A stretch of 64,000 nt of DNA from Mobula hypostoma (Eukaryota), in assembly GCF_963921235.1 (NCBI RefSeq), contig NC_086097.1, forward strand, positions 47,928,001 to 47,992,000, in the 5' to 3' direction. Positions 26,001 through 38,000 of this stretch are shown here, piece after piece. Below the pieces are notes generated by a model, which was not told where the DNA came from, searched no databases, and was given only the letters and a program-made list of their open reading frames with translations. Within the stretch, counting starts at the first letter, position 1; every line of letters begins with the position of its first letter. The translations under genes were made by a program, and so were the position numbers.

Positions 26001-29000
26001 CCAGGCTTCCTGTCCCATGATCCTCTCCCTTCTCCAGCTCTTAGCTGTATTCCCCCCCCCCCGTCTTCTCCTATCATTTTGGATTTCCCCCTCCCCCTCC
26101 CACTTTCAAATCTCTTACTATCTCTTCTTTCAGTTAGTCCTGACGAGGGGTCCTGGCCTGAAACATTGACTGTACCTCTTCCTATAGATGCCGCCTGGCC
26201 TGCTGCGTTCCACCAGCAATTTTTGTGTGTCACCTAGACCGTTTCTTTCGAGCCCATGTAGGGATGTCAAATGTGTTCACCCCTGGTCAACAGCTCAGTT
26301 TAGGAAATCCCCACATGAATCTAAATTAATTCACAATTTGTGCTTAACTTGTGTGTTTAATTATGTAAACATAATGTTGACTCCAGACCATCAAGTTGGA
26401 TTCAAAATGTTGCTATTCCTTTTGTAGCAGTCATCACCAAAAACACACTTAAATCTACAGTAACACGAGGAATTCTGCAGATGCTGGAAATTCAAGCAAC
26501 ACACATCAAAGTTGCTGGTGAACGCAGCAGGCCAGGCGGCATCTCTAGGAAGAGGTACAGTTGACGTTTCGGACTGAGACCCTTCGTCAGGACTAACTGA
26601 AGGAAGAGCTAGTAAGAGATTTGAGAGGGGGAGGGGGAGATCCAAAATGATAGGAGAAGACAGGAGGGGGAGGGATGGAGCCAAGAGTTGGACAGGTGAT
26701 TGGCAAAAGGGATATGAGAGGATCATGGGACAGGAGGTCCGGGGAGAAAGACAAGGGGGAGGGGAGGAAACCCAGAGGATGGGCAAGGGGTATAGTCAGA
26801 GGGACAGAGGGAGAAAAAGGAGAGAGAGAGAGAAAGAATGTGTGTATATAAATAATGGATGGGGTACGAGGGAAAGTGGGACATTAGCGGAAGTTAGAGA
26901 AGTCAATGTTCATGCCATCAGGTTGGAGACTACCCAGACAGAATATAAGGTGTTCTTCCTCCAACCTGAGTGTGGCTTCATCTTTACATAGAGGAGGCCG
27001 TGGATAATTCCACATCCCTTTCCCATTCTGACATGTCTATCCATGGCCTCCTCTACTGTCAAGAGGAAGCCACACTCAGGTTGGAGGAACAACATCTTAT
27101 ATTCTGTCTGGGTCGCCTCCAACCCGATGGCATGAACATTGACTTCTCTAACTTCTGCTAATGCCCCACCTACCCCTCGTACCCCATCCGTTATTTATTT
27201 ATACACACACATTCTTTCTCTCTCTCTCCTTTTTCTCCCTCTGTCCCTCTGACTATACCCCTTGCCCATCCTCTGGGTTCCCCCCCCCACTTTCCTTCTC
27301 CCTGGGCCTCCCGTCCCATGATCCTCTCATATCCCTTTTGCCAATCAACTGTCCAGCTCTTGGCTCCATCCCTCCTCCTCCTGTCTTCTCCTATCATTTT
27401 GGATCTCCCCCTCTCCCTCCCACTTTCAAATCTCTTACTAACTCTTCCTTCAGTTAGTCCTGACGAAGGGTCTCGGCCTGAAACGTCGACTGTACCTCTT
27501 CCTAGAGATGCTGCTGCCTGGCCTGCTGCATTCACCAGCAACTTTGATGTGTGTTGCTTAACTCTACAGTATTGAAATAGGGAATCTCCAGTTGCTCAAG
27601 TGATTGAACTATCTTCTCTCTGTTTTGGGCATGGGGTCTTCTTTACAACAGTTTGTCTTCAGAATTCTTGCTGAACTACACCCAAAATACTTCATTCTTA
27701 TACACATCAGCTCTGTGTTGTCATGCTTTGATTCCGTTGGACTTGTGTGAGCCTTTCATTGGTTTTGTCCCAAGGCAACAGAAAGGAGAAGAGCAATAAA
27801 GTAATGCTAAGTAACTATTTGCCTCTGTCATTCCCTTGCTTCTCTTTGAGTCAGGGCAATTCTAATCGGTTACAATCAGTACGGGCCAAGCACTGGGCAC
27901 TCAGGTTAATTTAATTCCAATACTACTGCCTTTCCTTACACTACAGTTCTCTTCCCAAAGAGCAGTTCATAAGCAATGTATTTGGAAATAATCTCTGATT
28001 TAGCAGCATTAGTAGGGACTTCACTCTGTTCACTTTCAGTTGTTCTGATCCAGCCATTCCTGAGCAGAGATACTACATGAAACATTTCACAAAATGGTTG
28101 CACGTGCAGGCTTTCAAAATGGCAGCCTTCATTTTTCTTACCAATTGGCAACAGCAAAGACATTTGTCTACTTCCACTGTCCTGGATGTACGAGGAGTGA
28201 TTGATAAGTTTGTGACCTAAGGTAGAAGGAGTCAATTTTAGAAAACCTAGCACACTTATTTTTCAACATTGTCCCCTCCTACATTTACACACTTAGTCCA
28301 GCAGTCGTGGAGCATACAGATCTCTTCTTTGTAGAAGTTGTCATCTTGGACCTCCAGAAAGTGGTCCACAGCAGGGGTAATTGATAAGTTCGTGGCCTAA
28401 GGTAGAAGGAGATGAGTTACACAGCTCTCGTTACATGCACATGCAGGTCAACTCTGAGTGATTATGCAGAAAGTTTGAAGTTAATAACCCATCTCTTTTT
28501 ACTTTAGGCCATGAACTTATCAATCGCCCCTGCTGTGGACCCCCTTTTGGAGGTCCAAGACACCGACTTCTACAAAGAAGGGATCTGTATGCTCTACGAC
28601 CGCTGGACTAAGCGTGTAAATGTAGGAGGGGACTATGTTGAAAAATAAATGTGCTAGGTTTTCTAAAATTGACTCCTACCTTATGCCATGAACTTATCAA
28701 TCACCCGTATTCCAGTTGGCTTTTACAGATTGTAATTTCTTCATGGCCTACAGTTCAAAATTGTCAAAGAAAATCAAAGAAAAACAATGTGTCAACCTGA
28801 AAACGCTATTAACAATTGTTTTGATAAGGTGGTTCTGTTTGTCAGACACTAATTATCTCAGCCTTCTGGAGTTCCTCAGGTATATTCCTCTTCATTTGTT
28901 GCCTTGGAATTAACCATCTTTCTTTCGTTTATCGTTAGTACTGGCACCAAAAGAAAATGCTTTTATCAGTGCTCTTCGAAAACAACCGGGCTTACATGAT

Positions 29001-32000
29001 GAAGATTACGCTATAAAAACCAGGCTTTATGAATGTGATGTACCAGAAAATACTCTGGTGCTTCCGTAAGTAATTATTTATATGTCTAATTTAAATTTTA
29101 GGAAATGCTGATCTATAGAAACGTGGATAACAAATTGAAACTCTAGGCTCAGCAATGTTGGATGGATTTCTATTAACTTGGACCACTATGGTGCAAGTAG
29201 CCATTTCACAATACTCCATCACGAGATGTTTAGTTCCCCTTCCTAGGAGTTTAATGTGAAATATGGGCTGATACTTTAATGTAATATTGCTGGTGTTGGC
29301 AAACATTAATGGAGATTAAAAACATAACCATTATTGCAAAGTAGGAAATCTGGATGCCAGTTTCTGTAAATAGCAGTGATAATGAAGAGATAATCAGATT
29401 TTGGGTATTGCAATAAAATAGATATTTTCCAAGACCATGGGGATAATGTCACTGCTGTTCTAAAGGTTGGTTTTCATGTCCACTGTGACCATGGGACTGT
29501 GGGTTAAAGTCTCATCTGAAATTCAGAATCTGCAGTGGTAGTGCACAATCTCAGTACTATATTGAGAGTGTCAGCTTAAGTGTTTGGGCTCAATTTGCTA
29601 GAGTGGGACTTTATGCATAATCTTTTGACTGTAATGTGAAAGACCTAATAAGTAAGCCATAGCTCACTAAATTAAGTCTTGTGTCTGCAGCCAGTAAAAC
29701 ATTTATTTTAAAAGAAAACCTGCATGTGTGTGTACACTTGGTGGCCACTTTAATTATAAAAGAGTGGAACCCAGTGGTCTTCTGATGCCGTAGCCCATCC
29801 ACTTCAAGGTTTGAAATGTTGTACGTTTGGAAATGCTCTTCTGCCCAAAACGGTTGTAACGTGGTTATTTGAATTACTGTTGTCCTTCTGTCAGCTTGAA
29901 CCAGCCTGGCCATTCTCCTCTGATCTCTCTCATGTGGGGTGCTTTTGCCCACAGAGCTGCGGCTCACTGGATATTTTTCTTTTCTGTACCCTTCTCTGTA
30001 AACTCTAAGGGACTGTGTGAGAAAATCCCAGGGGATAAGCCGTTTCTGAGATGCACAAACCACCCCATCTGGCACCAACGATCATTTCCACGGTCAAGGT
30101 CACTTAGATTACATTTCTTCCCCATTTCTGATGTTTGGTCTGAAAAACTGAACCTCTTGACCATGTCTGCATGCTTTTATGCGTTGAGTTGTTGCCCCAT
30201 GATTGGCTGATTTAGATATTTGTATTAATGCGCAAGTATACCTAATAATGTGGCCATTTGAGTGTATATATTTCGCCCTGTTCTGCCCAACAGTTTAATT
30301 CAGTCTGTGTCTCAAATTCAAATAAGTCAATTTTTTTCTTTTCCATTTGTAACCACATTTTGCTTCACTACTGTTTGCAAAGCAAAACACAGCACTTCTT
30401 TGTATCTGTGACTGGAAAATACTTGTTCAGAGCTGACCTAGGATTTGTGCTTCCTTCTCAAGTGAGCCAGGAACCCATAGTCTTTGACTTAAAGTCAAAA
30501 GTACTGCCTACAGCTGACAGAAGGAAATATCCATTAAGTGTTCATGCTTTGGGTGAATCATTGTACATTAAGGTGATTCTTTGTTAAAAATGCACAGAAT
30601 TCTTTTAATGTTCTGGCGCGTATTCACTCAGCTTCCATCCCCAGAAATGGAATTAGGCAGTCGTTCCTGGTTTTGACACGGCCACAACTTCATTAACCCC
30701 AGGCAAAGCAAAATCCTGCAGTTTCCTCGACATTTTCACGTTATGCATTTTCTATGCAAAGAATACATTCTTCCTAATTAGAAGGTGGCTTTTGGTATCG
30801 CCTAGTCCAGGGTGCCTTAAAGGAGGGCAAATTAGTATGCAACCTTCAACCTTAGCTGGCCGTTGAACTCCATACAGTGCTTTCTCTGATCATATTGCTT
30901 TTACTGCATAAACAGCTATATAAATCATGATGACCATCTTGTTTCGAGAGATTATCTTGCATACATACCAATCAAATTCCAAGTTGGCTTAACAGAGCTG
31001 TGTCAGGTTATTGTCAAAACATTTGAATGTGACTGAAATTTAAAGTGCTTTCTCATTTATCACCAGGGCATATTAGTTTTCAATCTTGATGCCAAAGAAA
31101 GTATGCTAATCCACAGGGCACACATCAAATTCCAAATGGGGCAGAATTTGATTTGTGCTTCTAGGAAGGTTCCCTAAATTGGTATTAAATAGTCCAATTT
31201 GACTTGAAGGCCGTACTGGCGCTGACATGGCCAAGTGATTAACCAGTGGAGAAACAATGGAAAATGGTGATTAGTTTTAAGATGACTGTGAATAAGGACA
31301 CGTATGGATCTTGCGCAAGATTATTAAGTTAGGGCAAGGAAAATTAAGAGCTCTAGGGAGAATTAATCAGAAGTAGCTGGCTTTGAGCAATTCAAGGATA
31401 AAGGAGGAAATGTGCTGAGAGAGTGGGGTCCTGAATGAGCATTTTGCATTGATATTAGTCAAAGAGGACATCAAAGTTCAGAGTAAATTTATTATCAAAG
31501 TACTGTACATATGTCTGTATATCCTACCCTGAGATTCATTTTATTCCAGGCGTTCGCAGTAGAATCAATGAAAGCTCGTCTGTCAAACAATGTTCAAAAG
31601 AAGTCGATCTGTGTAAGATGGGGAAAAAACCCAATAATGATTTTTTTTAAGTAAATAATATTGGGAAAACTTTGTAGAGATCTTGAAAGTGAGTCCGTAG
31701 GTTGTGGAATGGGTTCAGAGTTGAGCTGAGTGTGTGTGGTGGACAGAGATCAGAGCTAATACACTAGGGCATTTTGAGATGGATAAAGAGGGAGTGTTGC
31801 ATTTCTTAGACAATGTTAAGTGAGTCAGATGTTTGCTGTATGCCCAGGTAATTGTATGCAAGTACAATGGGAAATCCTGCAGCAGCATCACAGGTATATC
31901 GCATCATATAAGCAACATTCACAGGAAAATAAGTTAAATGTTTAATCACTGTTTTGACAAACAGCACAGTTACAACTAAGTTCAAAGTGGTCATCGAGTT

Positions 32001-35000
32001 TGTTAAACTAGTGGTGATTAAGGTTTTGCTGGTTAGTTCAAGAACTGAATGCTTGATGAGCACTAGCAGTTCATGAACGTGGTGGTGAAGGATTGTTCTT
32101 CTCTCCCTCCTGCAAAAAAAAAAGTCATGGCCAGGATGGTGGGGATCTTTGGATATTGCTTTGAGGCATTGCCTTCTGTAGATGCTTCTGATGGTGGAAA
32201 AGGGATTCTTGTATTCCTGCAATTTGAAGTGCTATTCCAGATCATGATGCAACCAGTCAGTATTTGGTGACAAACCGAGCCTCTATCTCCTCCTGGGCTG
32301 GTGCACTTTCCTTGTGATTCGAATCTATGTGCTGGTCCGGCTCAAATGAGCTACCATGGATTTAAAGCTGACTCCAGACTGCTTGTTTTTCCCCAGAGCA
32401 GTCTGGTCCTGATGGGATATACCCCAGGTTATTGAGAGATTTCTGGGACCTTGACCAACACCTTTCTTTCCTTTGATGTCAGGCTGAGTCCCGGAAGACT
32501 GGCAACTACCTAATGCTGTCTAAAGCAAGAAGGGAAATGGGGAATAATCCTGGGAAATACTGTCCTTACATTAGAGGTATTTGGGGGTGGTGGGCAGCAT
32601 ATAGTGTAGTGACACTCACAACACGCTGGAGGAACTCAGCAGGTCGGGTAGCATCCGTGGAAACGATCAGTCAGCGTTTTGGGCCGGAACCCTTCAGGAC
32701 TGAAGAGGGAAGGGGCAGAGGCCCTATAAAGGAGGTGGGGGGAGGGTGGGAAGGAGAAGGCTGGTAGGTTCCAGGTGAAGAACTAGTAAGCAGAAAGATA
32801 AGGGGTGGGGGAAGGGAAGCAGGGAGGGGATAGGCAGGAAAGGTGAAGAAAGAATAGGGGAAAACACAATAGGTAGTAGAAGGAGGCGGAACCATAAGGG
32901 AGGTGATAGACAGCTGGGGGAGGGGGCAGAGTGACATAGGGATAGAGGAAGGGAGGGGGAGGGAATTATCAGAAGTTGGAGAATTCAATGTTCATACCAA
33001 GGGCTGGAGACTACCCAGATGGTATATGAGATGTTGCTCCTCCAACCTGGGTTTAGCCTCATCATGGCAGTAGAGGAGGCCGTGTACGGATATATCTGAA
33101 TGGGAGTTGGAAGCAGAGTTGATGTGGGTGGCTACTGGGAGATCCTGTCTGCTGTGGCGGACGGAGTGGAGGTGCTCGACGAAGCAGTCCCCCAATCTAC
33201 GTCGGGTTTCACCGATGTAGAGGAGGGAGCACCGGATGCAATCGATGACCCCAACAGACTCTCAAGTGAAGTGTTGCCTCACCTGGAAGGACTGTTTGGG
33301 GCCCTGAATGGTGGCAAGAGAGGAGGTGTAGGGGCAGGTGTAGCACTTGTGCTTACAGGGATAAGTGCCAGGTGGGAGATCCATGTGGAGTGATGTGTGG
33401 ACCAGGGAGTTGCGGAGGGAACGATCCCTGTGGAAAGCGGAGAGGGGTGGAGAGGGAAAGGTGTGCTTAGTGGTGGGGTCCTGTTGAAGGTGGCGGAAGT
33501 TGCGGAGGATAATGTGCTGGATCCGGAGGCTGGTGGGGTGGTAGGTGAAGACAAGGGGAACTCTGGCCCTGTTGTGGTGGTGGGAGGATGGGGTGAGGGC
33601 CGAAGTGCGGGAAATAGAGGAGATGCAGGTGAGGGCATCATTGATAACGGCAGAAGGGAAACCACGATCCTTAAAGAAAGAGGACATTTGAGATGTCCTG
33701 GAATGGAAAGCCTCATCCTGGGAGCAGATGCAGTGGAGACAGAGGAACTAGGAATAGGGAATGGCATTTTTGCATGTGGCAGGGTGGGAAGAGGTATAGT
33801 CGAGGTAGTTATGAGAGTCAGTGGGCTTGTAGAAGATGTCAGTGGACAGTCTGTCTCCAGAGATGGAGACCGAGAGGTCGAGAAAGGGGAGAGAAGTGTC
33901 TGAGATAGACCAAGTGAATTTGAGGGCTGGGTGGAAGTTTGAAGTAAAGTCGATGAAATTAATGAGCTCAGCATGGATGCAGGAAGCAGCACCAATGTAG
34001 TCATCAATGCAGTGAAGGAAAAGTTGGGGAGCAGTACCAGTATAGGTTTGGAGCATAGACTGTTCCACATAACCGACGAATAGGCAGGCATAGCTGGGGC
34101 CCATGCGAGTGCCCATAGCTGCACCCTTGGTCTGAAGAAAGTGGGAAGAGCCAAAAGAGAAATTATTAAGTGTGAGTACCAGTTCCACCAACTGGAGGAG
34201 GGTAGTGGTGATGGGGAACTGGAACTGTCCAGAAAGTAGCGGAGGGCTTTGAGGCCTTCTTGATGGGGAATGGAGGTGTATAAGGATTGGACGTCCATAG
34301 TGAAAATGAAGCGGTCGGGACCGGGGAACTGGAAGTTATTGAAGAGGTGGAGGGCATGGGATGTATCCCGGATGTAGGTGGGGAGGGACTGAACTATGGG
34401 TGACAAAATGGAGTCCAGGTAGGCAGATACAAGTTTGGTGGAGCAGGCAGAAACTATGGGTCTACTGGGACAGTCAGGCTTGTGGATCTTGGGGAGGAGG
34501 TAAAACTGAGCCGTGCGGGGTGTGGGAATTGTGAGTTTATCGGCTGAGGATGAAAGGTCTCAGGAGTTGATGAGTGTTGCTTTGACCCCAGCATCTGCAG
34601 AATATTTTGAATAGTGTAGTGATTAGCACAACGATTTACAGTACCAGTGACGCATGTTCAATTCCTGCTACTGTCTGTAAGTAGTTTGTATGTTCTCCCT
34701 GTGATTGTGTGGTTTCCTCCAGGTGCTCTGGTTTCTTTTCACAGGTCATTGTAAATTGTCCCATGGTTAGACTTGGGTTGCTGGGCAGCATGGCTTGAAG
34801 GGCTCATTCCGTGTGGTATCTCAATAAGTAATAAGTTGGAGAGGATTCTTAGTGACAGGATTTATTAGAATTTGGGAAAACATTGCCTTAAGGACAGTTA
34901 GTGTGGCTTTATGTGTGGCAGGCTCTATCTTGCTAACTTGATTTGAGTTTTTCAAGGATGTGGTGAAGATGATTGAGGTTAGTGCAGTGGATGTTGTCTG

Positions 35001-38000
35001 TATGGATTTTAGTAAGGTGTTTAACATGGTCGCACTAGGTCAGTTCATCCTGGAGATTAAGTTGCATTTGATCTGCAGTGACTTTGCCATTTGGATCTGA
35101 GATTGGCTTGCCAGAGAGAACGCAGGGTGGTCATGGTCATGGTTAATGGGACTTGTTCTGGCTGGTATTCCAGTAGAACTACTAGGACTTGATGTTTCAA
35201 TCCCTATGGTAAGTTGGCACTCTCGATGTTGGCAGTGGGTTTGGAGTGGTGACAAGGAGGGAGGGTAGGTACGTCATCGGGGTCATCAGGTGGGCACCCT
35301 CCTCCTTTGACGTTTCGTTGATAAGCCCACGATGTCTCCAGAGGGTTCAACGCTGCTACCTGGTGTCCCAGATACACCCCCCCCCAGTTCCATACCCTCC
35401 TGTCTTCATCTCGCAGCCCAGTTGTTCTCTTTCCTTTTAATCCAAATCCAATTGCTGTGTTCTTCTGCTGCATTTGACAAGGATTTGGTTGCTTGTTGGA
35501 GGGAGTGACCCCTCACCCCCATCTTCTTCAATAGACTGGTCGTAGATGTAGCAACGAGTCCCCTGCATCCCACTTCTACAGGGAAAATCTTGGTCTTCCT
35601 GCCATTCCAGGCAGCTTCAGTTGTCAGTTCAGAGTACTTGGTCTTTTCCCTCTCATAAGCTTCTTCAACACCATCTTCCCATGGTACTGTCAATTTCACA
35701 ACATATGCCAGCTTGGCTGTTGTGGACCACAGGACCATGTCTGGCCAGAGTGTTGTAGCCGCAATGTCTGGGGGAAACACAAGCTTTTTCCAAGTCCACG
35801 TCCATTTTCCAATCCTGAGCAACCTCCAGAATGCTTACACCTTTTGAAGTTGTGTGGTGCTCTGGAGGTTGACATATAATTGACTTGGATAGAAATGTAG
35901 CTTGGGTTATTGAATCCACAAATGATACAGGTTTGTAGTGTTGTAGGTAGTTTAAAAGATTGCTAAAATGTAGAGCAGGGTTTAGATCAGTTGCAGATAT
36001 AGGATGGAGAAATCACAAGTGGAGTTTAATGTGGTCAAGTGTGAGGTATCAGTTTGATAGACCTAATGTAGAGTGAAAGTACGCAGTTATTGGCAAGACC
36101 CTTAATAGTGTGGATGTAGAGGGATCTCGGTGTCCAAGTTCATAGCTTCCTGAAGGTGGCTGTGTAGGTTGATATGTTGATAAAGTATGGTATACTTTAT
36201 TATATTTTAAGCATTGAGTTCAAGAGTCAATAAGTTGCATTGCAGCTTTGTGAAACTCTGGTCAGGTTGCATCAGAAGGGATTAGTTTAAGTTGGTATTT
36301 ACTTACTAGTTTAATAGCATGGCACAACATGAGCTGAGTTTCTTCTCCTGTGTATCATCAATGAATCATTATAGAGCGCATATATTTGTTAGAAATGAAG
36401 TATTGGTGTTTGTTTTGCAGTTGTACAAGGTCAAACAAAAGGATTGTGTACTCAGTAATTGAATATTCACCTTTGCTGGACTCCTGTAACATGACCACAG
36501 ATGACTGGGCTAAAATTGCTCTTGATATAGAGGTAAGTTGAGACTTGAGTCGGGTATTTCAGAGAATTTTATAGGACCAATAAGTAGCAGAGGTTTAAAA
36601 TTCCTGCATTGAGGGAATGATTGTCTTGGGGCAGATCTCTTGCTGTCTGACAGGAATTTGGCTCAAAACCTGGATCTGATCAGTTTCTGCTGTTTAAGCT
36701 CTGAGTGGGCTTTCTCTCCAAAACTGATGAAGTTATAGCCGCACAAAGGTAACCTAGTCTTGGGTCAGATTGCCTTTAGTCAGTAGAAAGCTGGTATTAT
36801 TGGGATTGCGGTTTTATTTTTGTATGGTGTTGGCTTAAAACCACTTAATATTTGCAGACTTAAGTACTGATGTATCCTGCTTTTCTGTTCCATTTTCAAC
36901 TTAAGTGGACATAATTCAACATACAATGATTCTGATTTGGGATTCTTGATTGACACAACAGGAACTGATGCAGGAGTGTTCCTTCAAGTTATCAGAACTG
37001 TTTCCTCTTAAATAATTTGTTATCATAGCATTAAGCTCATCAGTTTCCTGGTTTAAAAACAAAATCAGTGTGTTAACAGTTTAGTACTAGAAATGGCATG
37101 GAATTTCCTGGATGATTTGTTTAACATTTTCAAAGCTCTAAGGTAGTATTAAAAGTTATAAAATCATACATTGCTGTTGTTGGTCAATATTGCTGTCAAG
37201 AGCTTTGAATGTACCAGTAAATTTGCGAACGAGCTTGGGTTTCCAAATTTCCATTGAACACTTTGGACTATGAAGTGTTGGAGATTTCATCATTCCTGTA
37301 CACTGGCCAGTGATATTGAAGGGTGGGGACAAATTAGACTTCAGAAAATCCTGCTTTGTATCAGATTAAAACACTTCAAGTGGGTAACATCAAGCACTCT
37401 AATTTCCTGTGCTAGTTCTGTCACTGCCCTTTCAGCAGCATGATAGGAATGATTCAAAATGCCTGGCATATAGAATAGAAGATATAAGTGAGATTTACAC
37501 TGTTGAGGTGAAATTTGATATGTCTGTTCCTCACAAATCAACTTGCAAGCCATAGATCGGAAGCCAGTCTCATAGCTCTGCAGTTTTCTAAGCTTTGTTT
37601 TCTTTTTGTGTATTGCCAGGCTCGCTACCAAGAATACAGTGGCTTTGTGATTCTTCATGGAACAGATACCATGGCTTACACTGCTTCTGCCCTTTCATTC
37701 ATGTGTGAGAATCAAGGAAAGCCCATCATCCTGACTGGTTCACAAGTAAGTTGTAGTGAGTCAGATCTTTACAAGGAAAGATGGTGATTTAGATTTCGCG
37801 TACTATGTTAAGAACAGTACTCCTGGAATTTGTATAGGTCTTTAAAAGGTATACAGTAGATAGAAATTGTTTAGTTCCTGTAGGCTTCTGACTTGGTTTA
37901 ATTTTCAAGTGCCACCTTTATTAACATCCAAGGACACACCTTGTATTGGAAGAACAAACAGGTAGGCAGGGTGGGCTGGATCAGTTGATAAGAAATTAAA

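Larger units (their letters stand above)
26463..27556. mobile_element. Inverted pair of PLE 3' ends (~530-bp arms) with a 15-bp TSD
   Basis: Minus arm 26463-~27006 and plus arm ~27007-27556; TSD cttaaatctacagta (26448-26462) / cttaactctacagta (27557-27571). Confidence 0.9.

Noticed and set aside
36476..36493. LDSCNM instead of DSS as loss of the active site
   Set aside because: The substrate-binding Asp-Ser pair is retained and only the following residue differs; not evidence of inactivation.
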